Assembly: GCA_963977445.1 (NCBI GenBank)
Contig: CAXBPH010000090.1
Coordinates: 1-23,456, forward strand
Reading direction: 5' to 3'
Length of the DNA: 23,456 bases
DNA from: an uncultured bacterium
GTDB lineage: Bacteria > Hydrogenedentota > Hydrogenedentia > Hydrogenedentales > JAEUWI01
Shown here: positions 1 to 8,220 of the stretch, piece after piece
How the letters are laid out: the number at the start of each line of letters is the position of its first letter
Numbering within the stretch: the stretch's first letter is position 1
Position numbers and translations under genes: made by a program
The notes under the pieces: model-generated
Database searches by the model: none
What the model was told of the DNA's origin: nothing
What the model saw: only the letters and a program-made list of their open reading frames with translations

Positions 1-389
1 GTCTCAGCCTCACGACCCGATTCGGGCAACACGACCCCGAGCCTAAAGCCTGCTCCTATTCATCGAGATAGACCAAGGCGGCTGTGGCTGTCCCGTCGTT
101 TGCGACAACAACCCAGCCGTGCTCCCCCAACTACGGGACAGCCACGCCCGTCTCCGTCCTACGCCCTCGCAAAACGCAGAACCATCGGCCTACAGTACCA
201 TGCCCTACCGAAGTGGAACGGCGAGGCAGTCCCCGGGGACTGTCTCAGCCTCACGACCCGATTCGGGCAACACGACCCCGAGCCTAAAGCCTGCTCAAAT
301 TCTCCGAGATAAACCAAGGCGGCTGTGGCTGTCCCGTCGTTTGCGACAACAACCCAGGCGTGCTCCCCCAACTACGGGACAGCCACGCC
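1..389. repeat. 241-bp-period tandem repeat with internal palindromes (1-241 plus partial copy 242-389; may extend left of the window)
   Basis: 1-148 recurs at 242-389 with a few substitutions. The unit contains inverted arms GTGGCTGTCCCGTCGTT (84-100) / AACTACGGGACAGCCAC (129-145), 16/17 complementary, and the near-palindrome GAGGCAGTCCCCGGGGACTGTCTC (223-246). Confidence 0.92.
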
Positions 390-840
390 AATCTCCATCT
401 GGCCCATCATGACGTGACCCTACTGGCCGTTTCCCGTGCCCCCTACGCGTTGTTTCAGCCCTTCAAGACGCGCATGGGTTGGGACTTCAAATGGGTCTCG
501 TCGGAAGGCAGCGATTTCAATTTTGATTACCATGTTTCCTACACCAAAGAGAGTATGGCCAAAACCCCGCCCTTGTTTAATTTCGGTCCGAAGCCCAGCG
601 AAAACGAAGGGGAAGCCCACGGTATCAGTGTATTCTTTAAGAACGAATCCGAGGCCATTTTCCACACCTACTCCTGCTATACCCGGGGCGGTGATATACT
701 GATCGGGACCCACAACTACCTCGATTTGACGCCCAAGTGGCGCAACGAAAAAAAACACCATGGATTGGGTGCGTCATCATGATCGCCATGAGAATGCTTC
801 CGCGAAAAAGACCTGCTGCGGAGCCAACACCAGTGAATAG
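390..840 (+). pseudogene. DUF899 (thioredoxin-like) family gene remnant: 5' half missing, frameshifted near the 3' end
   Basis: HLAHHDVTLLAVSRAP..RMGWDFKWVSS.GSDFNFDY..GISVF..IFHTYSCYTRG..YLDLTPK is the C-terminal half of DUF899. After the A8 run (748-755) the family-typical tail MDWVRHHDRHE..TCCG continues in the +1 frame (ATG 760 to TAG 838-840). There is no own start; the frame runs into the repeat. Confidence 0.85.
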
Positions 841-905
841 TCGGGCAACGTTACGTTGTCCAAACGCGGAACGCAATACTTAGAAATAGGTGTGAAAGAC
901 TCGTG

Positions 906-2102
906 ATGACCGAACTACATGATGAACTACCCCGAACTTGGAAAAACGAAGTAACGAAGCATATCCGCTCCGGCGACGTGCCGGGTGCGGTAGCCTTGGT
1001 CTGTCATCGCGGCAAAACCGAGGTCCACACCGTCGGCGTGCAGTCGCTGGACGACACCCACCCCATGAAACGGGACACGATTTTTCGAATCGCCTCCATG
1101 AGCAAGCCCATCGCAGCGGCCGCCGCAATGATTCTTGTCGATCGGGGAAAACTCGCGCTGGACGGCCCGGTCGATGCCCTACTGCCAGAACTGGCCAATC
1201 CCAGGGTCTTGAAGCAACTCGATGGCCCCATCGATGACACCGTGCCCGCCCATAGAGCAATTACCCTTCGGGATTTGCTCACCTTGCGCATGGGACTCGG
1301 CTATATCATGGCTCGGTCCGACGGCTATCCCATTCAGAACGCTATCAACGAGATTGGTGCACTCCAGGGCTTCCCCAAGCCCCAGGTCTGGCCCGAGCCC
1401 AACACGTGGATGGCCCAAGTCGGCACCCTGCCCCTCATGCAGCAACCGGGCGAAGCCTGGATGTATGACATCGGCATCGACATCCTCGGCGTACTCATCG
1501 CCCGGGCGGCGGACCAGCCCTTGCCGGAGTTTCTACACCACGAACTCTTCGACCCGCTGGGCATGGTCGATACAGGCTTCTTCGTACCGGATGACCAACG
1601 TCATCGCCTGGCGACTGCCTACTCCACGGCACCAGACGATACGGGACTCGCCGTTCATGACGCGCCCACAACAAGCCAGTGGGCATCACCACCACCCTTC
1701 CCCGCCGCCGCTTCAGGCCTCGTGTCCACCTGCGATGACTACCTCGCCTTTTGTCGTCTCTTGTTAGACAAAGGGCGCTATGGTGAGGCCCGCCTCCTTT
1801 CCGAATCGTCCGTCACCGGAATGACCCAAAATCACCTGTCGGATGCACAGCGTGCGGCGAATCGTATTTTCTTCGGGCAACACAGTGGGTGGGGCTTCGG
1901 CATGTCGGTCGTCGTCGAGCGAGGTCCAGACCCTATTCGGCCAGGTCGTTTCGGTTGGAACGGGGGCCTCGGCACCACGGCCCACACCGATCCAAGCGAG
2001 AATCTAATCGGCATCCTGCTGACCCAGCGTTTGATGGACTCACCCAAGCCCCCCGCCATCTTCACCGACTTCTGGAAAACCGTCTACCAGAATATCGGCT
2101 GA
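906..2102 (+). CDS. Serine hydrolase, beta-lactamase (class C / esterase VIII-like) family
   Basis: FRIASMSKP (SxxK), LRDLLT, PL..QPGEAWMY (catalytic Tyr), GLVSTCDDYLAF, FGWNGGLGT. No signal peptide. Start is ATG 906 or GTG 903. Confidence 0.88.
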   Translation: MTELHDELPRTWKNEVTKHIRSGDVPGAVALVCHRGKTEVHTVGVQSLDDTHPMKRDTIFRIASMSKPIAAAAAMILVDRGKLALDGPVDALLPELANPRVLKQLDGPIDDTVPAHRAITLRDLLTLRMGLGYIMARSDGYPIQNAINEIGALQGFPKPQVWPEPNTWMAQVGTLPLMQQPGEAWMYDIGIDILGVLIARAADQPLPEFLHHELFDPLGMVDTGFFVPDDQRHRLATAYSTAPDDTGLAVHDAPTTSQWASPPPFPAAASGLVSTCDDYLAFCRLLLDKGRYGEARLLSESSVTGMTQNHLSDAQRAANRIFFGQHSGWGFGMSVVVERGPDPIRPGRFGWNGGLGTTAHTDPSENLIGILLTQRLMDSPKPPAIFTDFWKTVYQNIG

Positions 2103-2207
2103 GCCCCCCACTCGCGCGAATCATTTTCCCGCCATCAAGCGTGTCACGCGATCCGACAATGTAGGTCGTAGATGCGCCGCAGGAGGATTCGTGTGAAGGG
2201 CCTGTTA

Positions 2208-2307
2208 AGTCCACGAAGTGGGCGACATATCTTAGCCCAGTGGCGAGCGTAGCGAGTCCTGGATTTTGGTCGACACACGCCGGTACGAGTCCCAGCGGGG
2301 CGACATA
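2208..2307. repeat. REP-like element: two short hairpins ending in GGGCGACATA flanking a third hairpin
   Basis: AGTCCACGAAGTGGGCGACATA (2208-2229) and AGTCCCAGCGGGGCGACATA (2288-2307), with CCAG..GCGTAGCG..CTGG between them; intergenic. Confidence 0.55.
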
Positions 2308-2571
2308 GGGCGCGAATTTGGGCATCTCCGAAAATTCTGTACCACCTATCCGGGGCCAATAACGCTTCGACCGCCCTATTCTGCAACACGGCAAAAATTA
2401 CGCTGCTTGAGCCAACCATAGAAGAACTCGACGGAACGGCAGAGCCGGTGGATTAACTATGATTTAGCGGTGGGAAGTCTTCACGAGGTCATTGAGTTGG
2501 CTACGGCCCAATCGGTATACTGTGCGCCAAGTCACCCGGCCTACCCGGCCACGAACCAGAAAGGGTATTCT

Positions 2572-3876
2572 ATGACCACGGATACCAATGAAAGTGCAAC
2601 GGCAATGGCCCAACCCCACGTTGTCATCATCGGCGGCGGATTTGGCGGACTGGCCTGCGCACAGGCACTGAAAAATTCCCCCGTTCGCGTCACCCTGGTT
2701 GACCGCCGTAATTTTCATCTCTTTCAACCCCTGCTCTATCAGGTGGCCACGGGCGGCCTTTCACCCGCCAACATTGCCACGCCCCTGCGAAAAATCTTCA
2801 GCCGCCAGGATAACATCCGGGTGCTCCTGGGAGATGTCTCCACGATCAATCTCGAAACACACCAGCTCCAACTCGACGGGCACACCCTCGACTTTGATCA
2901 CCTGGTCGTTGCTGCGGGTTCGGGGCACTCCTATTTCGGCAATGATGATTGGGAAAATCATGCGCCAGGTCTGAAAACGATTGAGGACGCAACGAAGATC
3001 CGAAGACTCGTACTGGGTGCCTTCGAATTGGCTGAACTGGAGGAGGACCCCGAAGTTATTCGGCATTATCTCACCTTCGTCATCGTGGGTGGTGGACCTA
3101 CCGGCGTGGAACTCGCCGGGGCCATATCGGAAATTGCCCGCCACACCCTCCGCAATGAATTTCGCTCCATTCGCCCCGAAGACGCCCGAATCATCCTATT
3201 GGAACACGCCGACAGACTCCTGCCACCCTATCCCCCAAACCTTTCGGAGGCGGCGCGACGCATGTTGGGCGACCTGGATGTAGAAGTCCAGACCGGAGTC
3301 CGCGTCATTGGCATAACAAACGAATGTGTTGAAGTGGATACGCCCGCCGGCCCGGAAGAAATCCACGCCAAAACAGTCTTGTGGGCCGCAGGTGTAAAGG
3401 CCTCTCCCTTAGGCGAGCAACTGGTTCCTGCCGACGCACTCGCCCATGGCGGCCGGGTCAAGGTAGATGCCAACCTGGCCTTACCTGGTCACCCAAATGT
3501 ATTCGTAATCGGCGACCTGGCCTTTGCGCTGGATGAAAAAGGCGTGCCCCTCCCCGGTGTGGCGCCGGTCGCCACGCAGCAAGGTATCTATGTCGCCAAA
3601 TTGCTTTTGGCACAACAGGAAAGAGAAAACCAAGCCCCCTTTCACTACAAGGATCTTGGCACGGCCTCTACCATTGGCCGAGGCAAAGCCGTCGCACTCA
3701 TATTCGGCAGACAGCTGCAGGGCCTCATGGCCTGGCTCGCCTGGCTCTTCATCCACCTCATGAAACTCGTCAGCTTTGAAAACCGACTACTCGTCTTCAT
3801 GCAGTGGGGCTGGAACTACACGACCCGCAACCGAAGTGCCCGGCTCATCACCGAAACCCGACCGCCCCACGAATAG
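2572..3876 (+). CDS. ndh: Type II NADH:quinone oxidoreductase (NDH-2)
   Basis: VVIIGGGFGG, HLFQPLLYQVATG, APGLKTIEDA, IVGGGPTGVELAG, WAAGV, VFVIGD, PGVAPVATQQG and C-terminal AWLAWLFIHL. Start is ATG 2572 (alternative 2605). Confidence 0.92.
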   Translation: MTTDTNESATAMAQPHVVIIGGGFGGLACAQALKNSPVRVTLVDRRNFHLFQPLLYQVATGGLSPANIATPLRKIFSRQDNIRVLLGDVSTINLETHQLQLDGHTLDFDHLVVAAGSGHSYFGNDDWENHAPGLKTIEDATKIRRLVLGAFELAELEEDPEVIRHYLTFVIVGGGPTGVELAGAISEIARHTLRNEFRSIRPEDARIILLEHADRLLPPYPPNLSEAARRMLGDLDVEVQTGVRVIGITNECVEVDTPAGPEEIHAKTVLWAAGVKASPLGEQLVPADALAHGGRVKVDANLALPGHPNVFVIGDLAFALDEKGVPLPGVAPVATQQGIYVAKLLLAQQERENQAPFHYKDLGTASTIGRGKAVALIFGRQLQGLMAWLAWLFIHLMKLVSFENRLLVFMQWGWNYTTRNRSARLITETRPPHE

Positions 3877-4147
3877 ATACACCATGGCGCAAGCGCCCAC
3901 CCCAACGTGAACCCGGTGGATCAGGCTCGTTTTCAATGGTTCATGGATAATTGATGGGTGCCAACAAAGACGCATTCCGCCAAAACAAACTGAAATCACC
4001 AATCGCGCGGCACATCCATGGTTTGTCGTTTTATCTGCAAGAAGTTGCGTGACGACATGATTCGCAAGGACCCATCGTGCCGTCCTTTTTACCTCCGGCA
4101 CTTGAAATATCGAATAAATCACCCCACTATTTGCCCATGAACCATTT

Positions 4148-4208
4148 TTTGCCGCAAGAGAGCGCAGAGGATTGACTTTTTGCGCTCTCTGCGTTCTCTT
4201 GCGGCAAA
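4148..4208. repeat. Long inverted repeat (REP-like, possible bidirectional terminator) between convergent ndh and hspQ
   Basis: TTTGCCGCAAGAGAGCGCAGAG (4148-4169) pairs with CTCTGCGTTCTCTTGCGGCAAA (4187-4208), 21/22 Watson-Crick plus one G-U. Same family as 21591-21653 and 21839-21901. Confidence 0.8.
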
Positions 4209-4286
4209 TACCATCGTCCCTACGTTTCTAGCGCAATTGATATCACCAACGGCGTGGCCCTCCCCGGCATTGGGTCAAAAACCTTT

Positions 4287-4583
4287 TTAATTGGGGCAAA
4301 AGCGATGATATCGGCCGTGGATAAACATGGAAAACAAACGCGGCACAAAGGGGTGTCGAACCGCTTCCCCACTGCTATCCAGCTCCAGATTCTCTTCCGC
4401 GACATAGGTTTCGGATCCACCATGGACCAATACGTGATACCACGGCTGTTCGCGATTCGGTTGCGTCCGATTTCCCAGATACCAATCATCCGGAGCATCA
4501 CAGGCGTCGTCCGCCTGCGCGATAACACCACGATAATTGTAGCGCTTGTGGTGAACTATCTGGCCCACCTCATACTGAGTCAT
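4287..4583 (-). CDS. hspQ: Heat shock protein HspQ (YccV-like domain)
   Basis: YEVGQIVHHKRYNYRGVI, QPWYHVLV, TYVAEENLE and RHP motifs; AGAGGAG RBS upstream of ATG at 4583; 98 aa. Confidence 0.88.
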   Translation of the reverse strand: MTQYEVGQIVHHKRYNYRGVIAQADDACDAPDDWYLGNRTQPNREQPWYHVLVHGGSETYVAEENLELDSSGEAVRHPFVPRLFSMFIHGRYHRFCPN

Positions 4584-4885
4584 GGCAATTCTCCTCTGCC
4601 CGTCCCCATCTTCAGACAACGGGCACCAGCCGGAAAGACCCCAGGGTCATGCTGCTGGTTGCCAATGCACCGGAACCTGCGGCCACACGTCAATCCGGTG
4701 CGTGTTTGTGCACGACAACCTGTTACACCCGGCACTTCGCGGAATGCTTCCACCTCGCTGGCCAAAATTCCAGGAGAATCGCTCCATGATGTCCTCAGTG
4801 GGCCAGCCTGTTCGTCATAGTAGTAGATTCACCTTGAAGACCGTTTAGAAGTCACTCCGGCGACGGAATTTTCGAAAAAAACATA

Positions 4886-4914
4886 TTGACAATCCACTCA
4901 AATCATTGTATTTT
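4886..4914 (+). promoter_or_regulatory. Sigma70-type promoter of the ArsR operon
   Basis: TTGACA (4886-4891), 17-bp spacer, TATTTT (4909-4914); GAGGA RBS before ATG 4948. Confidence 0.7.
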
Positions 4915-4932
4915 ACTAATTGGTTAAATACA
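4907..4932. promoter_or_regulatory. Putative ArsR autoregulatory operator
   Basis: Imperfect palindrome TGTATTTTACTAATTGGTTAAATACA (22/26 symmetric) overlapping the -10 element and the predicted start site. Confidence 0.65.
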
Positions 4933-4947
4933 TGAGGAATTATCAGT

Positions 4948-5253
4948 ATGTCTACCGACCAGCTCAGCATGACCTTTGCGGCATTGGCCGACCCGACGCG
5001 GCGGGCCATCTTGGCCCATTTAGCGACAGGTGAAGCCTCCGTAACCGACATCGCACGGCCCTTCAAAATCAGTTTGCCTGGCATATCGAAGCACTTGAAG
5101 GTGTTAGAACGAGCAGGACTCATCGCCCGAAGTAGGGATGCCCAGTGGCGGCCCTGCCGTCTGAATGCAGAACCCCTGGAGGGCATTTCCGACTGGGTCG
5201 ATCAATATCGGCCGTATTGGGAACAGCGTCTTGACCGCTCTCCCGCGTCATAG
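4948..5253 (+). CDS. ArsR/SmtB-family transcriptional regulator (SRPBCC-associated type)
   Basis: FAALADPTRRAILAHL..GEASV.DIA.PF.ISLPGISKHLKVLERAGLI.R.R.AQWRPCRL winged HTH. Confidence 0.92.
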   Translation: MSTDQLSMTFAALADPTRRAILAHLATGEASVTDIARPFKISLPGISKHLKVLERAGLIARSRDAQWRPCRLNAEPLEGISDWVDQYRPYWEQRLDRSPAS

Positions 5254-5329
5254 ACGTACCCGACGGGAATAGACTAATAGAATCAATAAAATCGAAAACA
5301 GTGGCTCCCACCAACCTTGGAGAATATTG

Positions 5330-5875
5330 ATGAAGAAGAAAATCGGCATTCTATTGGCACTGCTCGTACTCCTTTTCGCCATCGTGGCAATCCTCGTCGC
5401 CCTTCAGCCTTCAACTTTCGCGTTGGAACGGGAAACGGTCGTCGAAGCGAAGCCCGAGGTCGTGTTCAATCTGGTCAACGACTTTCACCAGTGGGACCGT
5501 TGGTCCCCTTGGGCCAAGTTAGATCCCGACATGGAAACCACCTACACCGGACCTGAATCAGGGAAGGGCGCTATCTATACCTGGAACGGCAACAGTGAGG
5601 TTGGCGAAGGCCGGATGACCATCAAAGAGAGCAAACCCAACGAAGAAATCACCATATTTCTCGAATTTATGAAGCCCTTCGAAGCGACCAACAACACACT
5701 CTTTACCTTTTCACCCGCAGGCGACGGCACCCGTGTTGTGTGGAGCATGTCCGGCGAAAACAACTTCATCGCAAAGGCCTTTAACATGCTCATGGACATG
5801 GACGCCATGGTGGGTGCCAGCTTTGAGCAGGGCCTGGCCGACATGAAGGCCGCCGCAGAAGCAGATGCAAAATAA
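5330..5875 (+). CDS. SRPBCC (polyketide cyclase-like) protein with N-terminal membrane anchor
   Basis: MKKK plus a hydrophobic stretch; VNDFHQWDRWSPW..LDP, G.GA.YTW.GN.EVGEGRMTI, F.KPFEA, T.V.WSM.G, G..FEQGL; GGAGA RBS. Confidence 0.88.
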   Translation: MKKKIGILLALLVLLFAIVAILVALQPSTFALERETVVEAKPEVVFNLVNDFHQWDRWSPWAKLDPDMETTYTGPESGKGAIYTWNGNSEVGEGRMTIKESKPNEEITIFLEFMKPFEATNNTLFTFSPAGDGTRVVWSMSGENNFIAKAFNMLMDMDAMVGASFEQGLADMKAAAEADAK

Positions 5876-5929
5876 GTCGTTCGTTGTAATCACTGACATT
5901 CGAAACCTGACACAAAAAAAGGAAAAACC

Positions 5930-6352
5930 ATGGACACCGAAAATCAAACACCGACCGTTTCCAAGGCAGCGCGTTGGACGAGCTATGTCTTGAGCGCCCT
6001 CCCGGTATTTATGTTGCTGATGAGCGGCTTCATGAAAGTATCAAAGAACCCCATGGTGATTGAGGGCATGCCCCAGATGGGCTACCCGGTCGGCCTGGCC
6101 GTACCCATTGGCGTCGTCGAGCTCCTTTGCACCGTGCTCTATCTCATTCCCCAAACCTCTGTGCTCGGTGCCATTCTCCTCACCGGATATCTCGGTGGCG
6201 CGGTAGCCACCCATGTGCGGGTCGAGGAAATGGCGTTCATCAATGCCATCGTCCTCGGCGTTCTGCTGTGGGGCGGCTTGTATCTCCGTGACCCCCGCAT
6301 TCGTGTCCTTATCCCTTTCCGCAAATCCCCATCAAGCCCCAAAGCGGAGTAA
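5930..6352 (+). CDS. DoxX-family membrane protein
   Basis: LLMSGFMK, GYP, IGVVELLC..LYLIPQTSVLGAILLTGYLGGAVATHVR, WGGLYLRDPR; about four hydrophobic segments; AAAGGA RBS. Confidence 0.9.
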   Translation: MDTENQTPTVSKAARWTSYVLSALPVFMLLMSGFMKVSKNPMVIEGMPQMGYPVGLAVPIGVVELLCTVLYLIPQTSVLGAILLTGYLGGAVATHVRVEEMAFINAIVLGVLLWGGLYLRDPRIRVLIPFRKSPSSPKAE

Positions 6353-6356
6353 CCCC

Positions 6357-6848
6357 ATGACTACCTCAACCGTTATTTCAATGGCACCAACCGAATTCGA
6401 GCTCTCGATCACCCGCCTTATCGATGCCCCCAGAGAACGTATCTTCGAGGCCTGGACAAATCCAGCAATGATGGTCAAGTGGTTTGCCCCCGCGCCAATC
6501 ACGTTGGCCGAGTGCGAAGTCGATCCCCGCACGGGTGGCGTCTTCCGAATCCTCATGCGCGCGGAGGACGGCACGGAATACCCGAGCACCGGGATTTATC
6601 TGGACGTCGTTGCCCCCGAGCGCATCATTACGACTGATGCGTATTCTCCAGGATGGGTGCCTGCAGCAAAGCCCTTTATGACGACGATTATCACCATCGA
6701 AGAAGAAGCGGGCAAATCCCGCTACACCGCGAGGGTGCGCCATTGGAACGCCGAAGACCGGGACCAGCACGAACAAATGGGCTTTGAGGCAGGGTGGGGC
6801 CAATGCCTGGACCAACTGGAGGCACTTGTCACGCAGGGCGCCGATTAA
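6357..6848 (+). CDS. SRPBCC / AHSA1-like domain protein
   Basis: ELSITRLIDAPRERIFEAWT.P..M.KWFAP, D.R.GG, G.YL.VV.PERI, H..MGF..GW..CLDQL; GGAG RBS before ATG 6357. Confidence 0.9.
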   Translation: MTTSTVISMAPTEFELSITRLIDAPRERIFEAWTNPAMMVKWFAPAPITLAECEVDPRTGGVFRILMRAEDGTEYPSTGIYLDVVAPERIITTDAYSPGWVPAAKPFMTTIITIEEEAGKSRYTARVRHWNAEDRDQHEQMGFEAGWGQCLDQLEALVTQGAD

Positions 6849-6981
6849 CAGTAGGCGTCGTGATGAAACACGGTGCCGATGCAGGTGCCGGGCAGACCCT
6901 GTCCCAATTAAAAACCTACCTCCAAGCCCGCAAGAACTGAATACACTGTCCCCGCAGGGGAGCTAACGAAAGGAAAATATT

Positions 6982-7404
6982 ATGTTTGTAGAAGTCTATC
7001 TGTTTTTTGATGGTCGATGTGAAGAAGCCATTAAATTCTACCAGGAAAAACTCGGCGCTAAACTGGATATGCTCATGCGCTTCAGCGACAGCCCCGACCC
7101 TATCCCCGCGGACGTCATGCCCCCCGGAAACGAAGATAAGATTATGCACGCCAGCTTCCACATCGGCGACACCCACATCATGGTTTCCGATGGCAATTGC
7201 TCGGGAGAGCCCAAGCTCGGCGGATTCACCCTCTCCCTTACCGCCGCCGACACCGCAGAAGCCGATCGCCTGTTCAACGCGCTGGCCGAAGAAGGAAAAG
7301 TCATCATGCCCATCGGCGAGACCTTCTGGTCGCCCCACTTCGGTATGGTCAACGACAAATTCGGGGTGAGCTGGATGGTAACGGTCCCCACGCCTGCCCA
7401 ATAA
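6982..7404 (+). CDS. VOC-family protein, PhnB/YjdN-like
   Basis: YLFFDGRCEEAIKFY, KIMHASF.IG...M.SDG, LFNALAEEG.V.MP..ETFWS..FGMV.DKFGVSWMV; AAAGGA RBS. Confidence 0.92.
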   Translation: MFVEVYLFFDGRCEEAIKFYQEKLGAKLDMLMRFSDSPDPIPADVMPPGNEDKIMHASFHIGDTHIMVSDGNCSGEPKLGGFTLSLTAADTAEADRLFNALAEEGKVIMPIGETFWSPHFGMVNDKFGVSWMVTVPTPAQ

Positions 7405-7603
7405 ATTGGAAAGTGACGTATAGGATGCCGCTCAGGCCTCGCCACGACCATTTCGGTACAGCGGGCTTCGAGCGGCACAGCCAGCCGACGACACACCCTT
7501 GCGGAAGGCACACGATCCCGGGCACTATGGGAATACAATTCAGGATAAAATTAACGTATCGCCCTGCGCACGATGATTGCGCACCCAACCCCGGAGAATC
7601 CCC

Positions 7604-8044
7604 GTGAACAAAGCATTTCTCATGCGCCTTTTCCAACCCCTCCCCCAACGCACTTCCGCCTCCACCGTCCTGCTACTACTGCGACTCGTCGCCGGTCTCG
7701 CCTTCGTCTATCATGGCTGGGGCAAGATTCAGCATCCCTTCGGATGGATGGGCCCGGACGCCTCTGTCCCCGGTTTCTTCCAATTCCTGGCGGCGATTTC
7801 GGAATTTGGCGGAGGCATCGCCTGGATGCTCGGCCTCCTCACCCCCCTCGCCAGTCTGGGCCTCTTCTTCACCATGGCCGTCGCCACCCACATGCACGCC
7901 ATCGTCAAGGGAGATCCCTTCGTAAGCCCCGGAGGAGGCTCCTACGAGCCCGCCCTGCTCTACCTCGTCATTGCCGTCCTGTTCATTGTATTGGGACCGG
8001 GAAAGTTTTCGGTCGACAAACTCCTGTTTGGCCAACGGGACTGA
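7604..8044 (+). CDS. DoxX-family membrane protein (second subtype)
   Basis: LLLLRLVAGLAFVYHGWGKI, EFGGG...LGLLT, TMAVA..H, YEPALLYL, GPGKFSVD; GTG start after GGAGA. Confidence 0.9.
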   Translation: MNKAFLMRLFQPLPQRTSASTVLLLLRLVAGLAFVYHGWGKIQHPFGWMGPDASVPGFFQFLAAISEFGGGIAWMLGLLTPLASLGLFFTMAVATHMHAIVKGDPFVSPGGGSYEPALLYLVIAVLFIVLGPGKFSVDKLLFGQRD

Positions 8045-8118
8045 GCGATTTCGACACGAATTTCAGGCGTGTCGCGACAAACGTACGATGAGAAATACCA
8101 AGATACCGATTATTCCCG

Positions 8119-8147
8119 TTGACTATTAGTCTATTTACAAGCATACT
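8119..8147 (+). promoter_or_regulatory. Candidate sigma70 promoter of the spondin-domain gene
   Basis: TTGACT (8119-8124), 17-bp spacer, CATACT (8142-8147) in AT-rich intergenic DNA. Confidence 0.5.
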
Positions 8148-8220
8148 TAAATCAAGAAATACGTTGGCCCTGTGTGGGAGCCAACGCTTATTGTTGGTCC
8201 AAATAGTCGGGAGATCTGGT

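Noticed and set aside
1..389. CRISPR array
   Set aside because: The units are 241 bp and near-identical throughout; there are no unique spacers and no cas genes.
84..412. Short ORFs within the left repeat
   Set aside because: They are translations of repeat DNA with no RBS or family motifs.
2204..2210. Integron attC core (GTTAAGT)
   Set aside because: There is no matching RYYYAAC inverse core after the upstream stop and no integrase.
3787..4122. 111-aa minus-strand ORF
   Set aside because: It overlaps the ndh 3' end and has no recognisable motif or RBS.
4254..4820. 188-aa plus-strand ORF
   Set aside because: It is an antisense shadow of hspQ.
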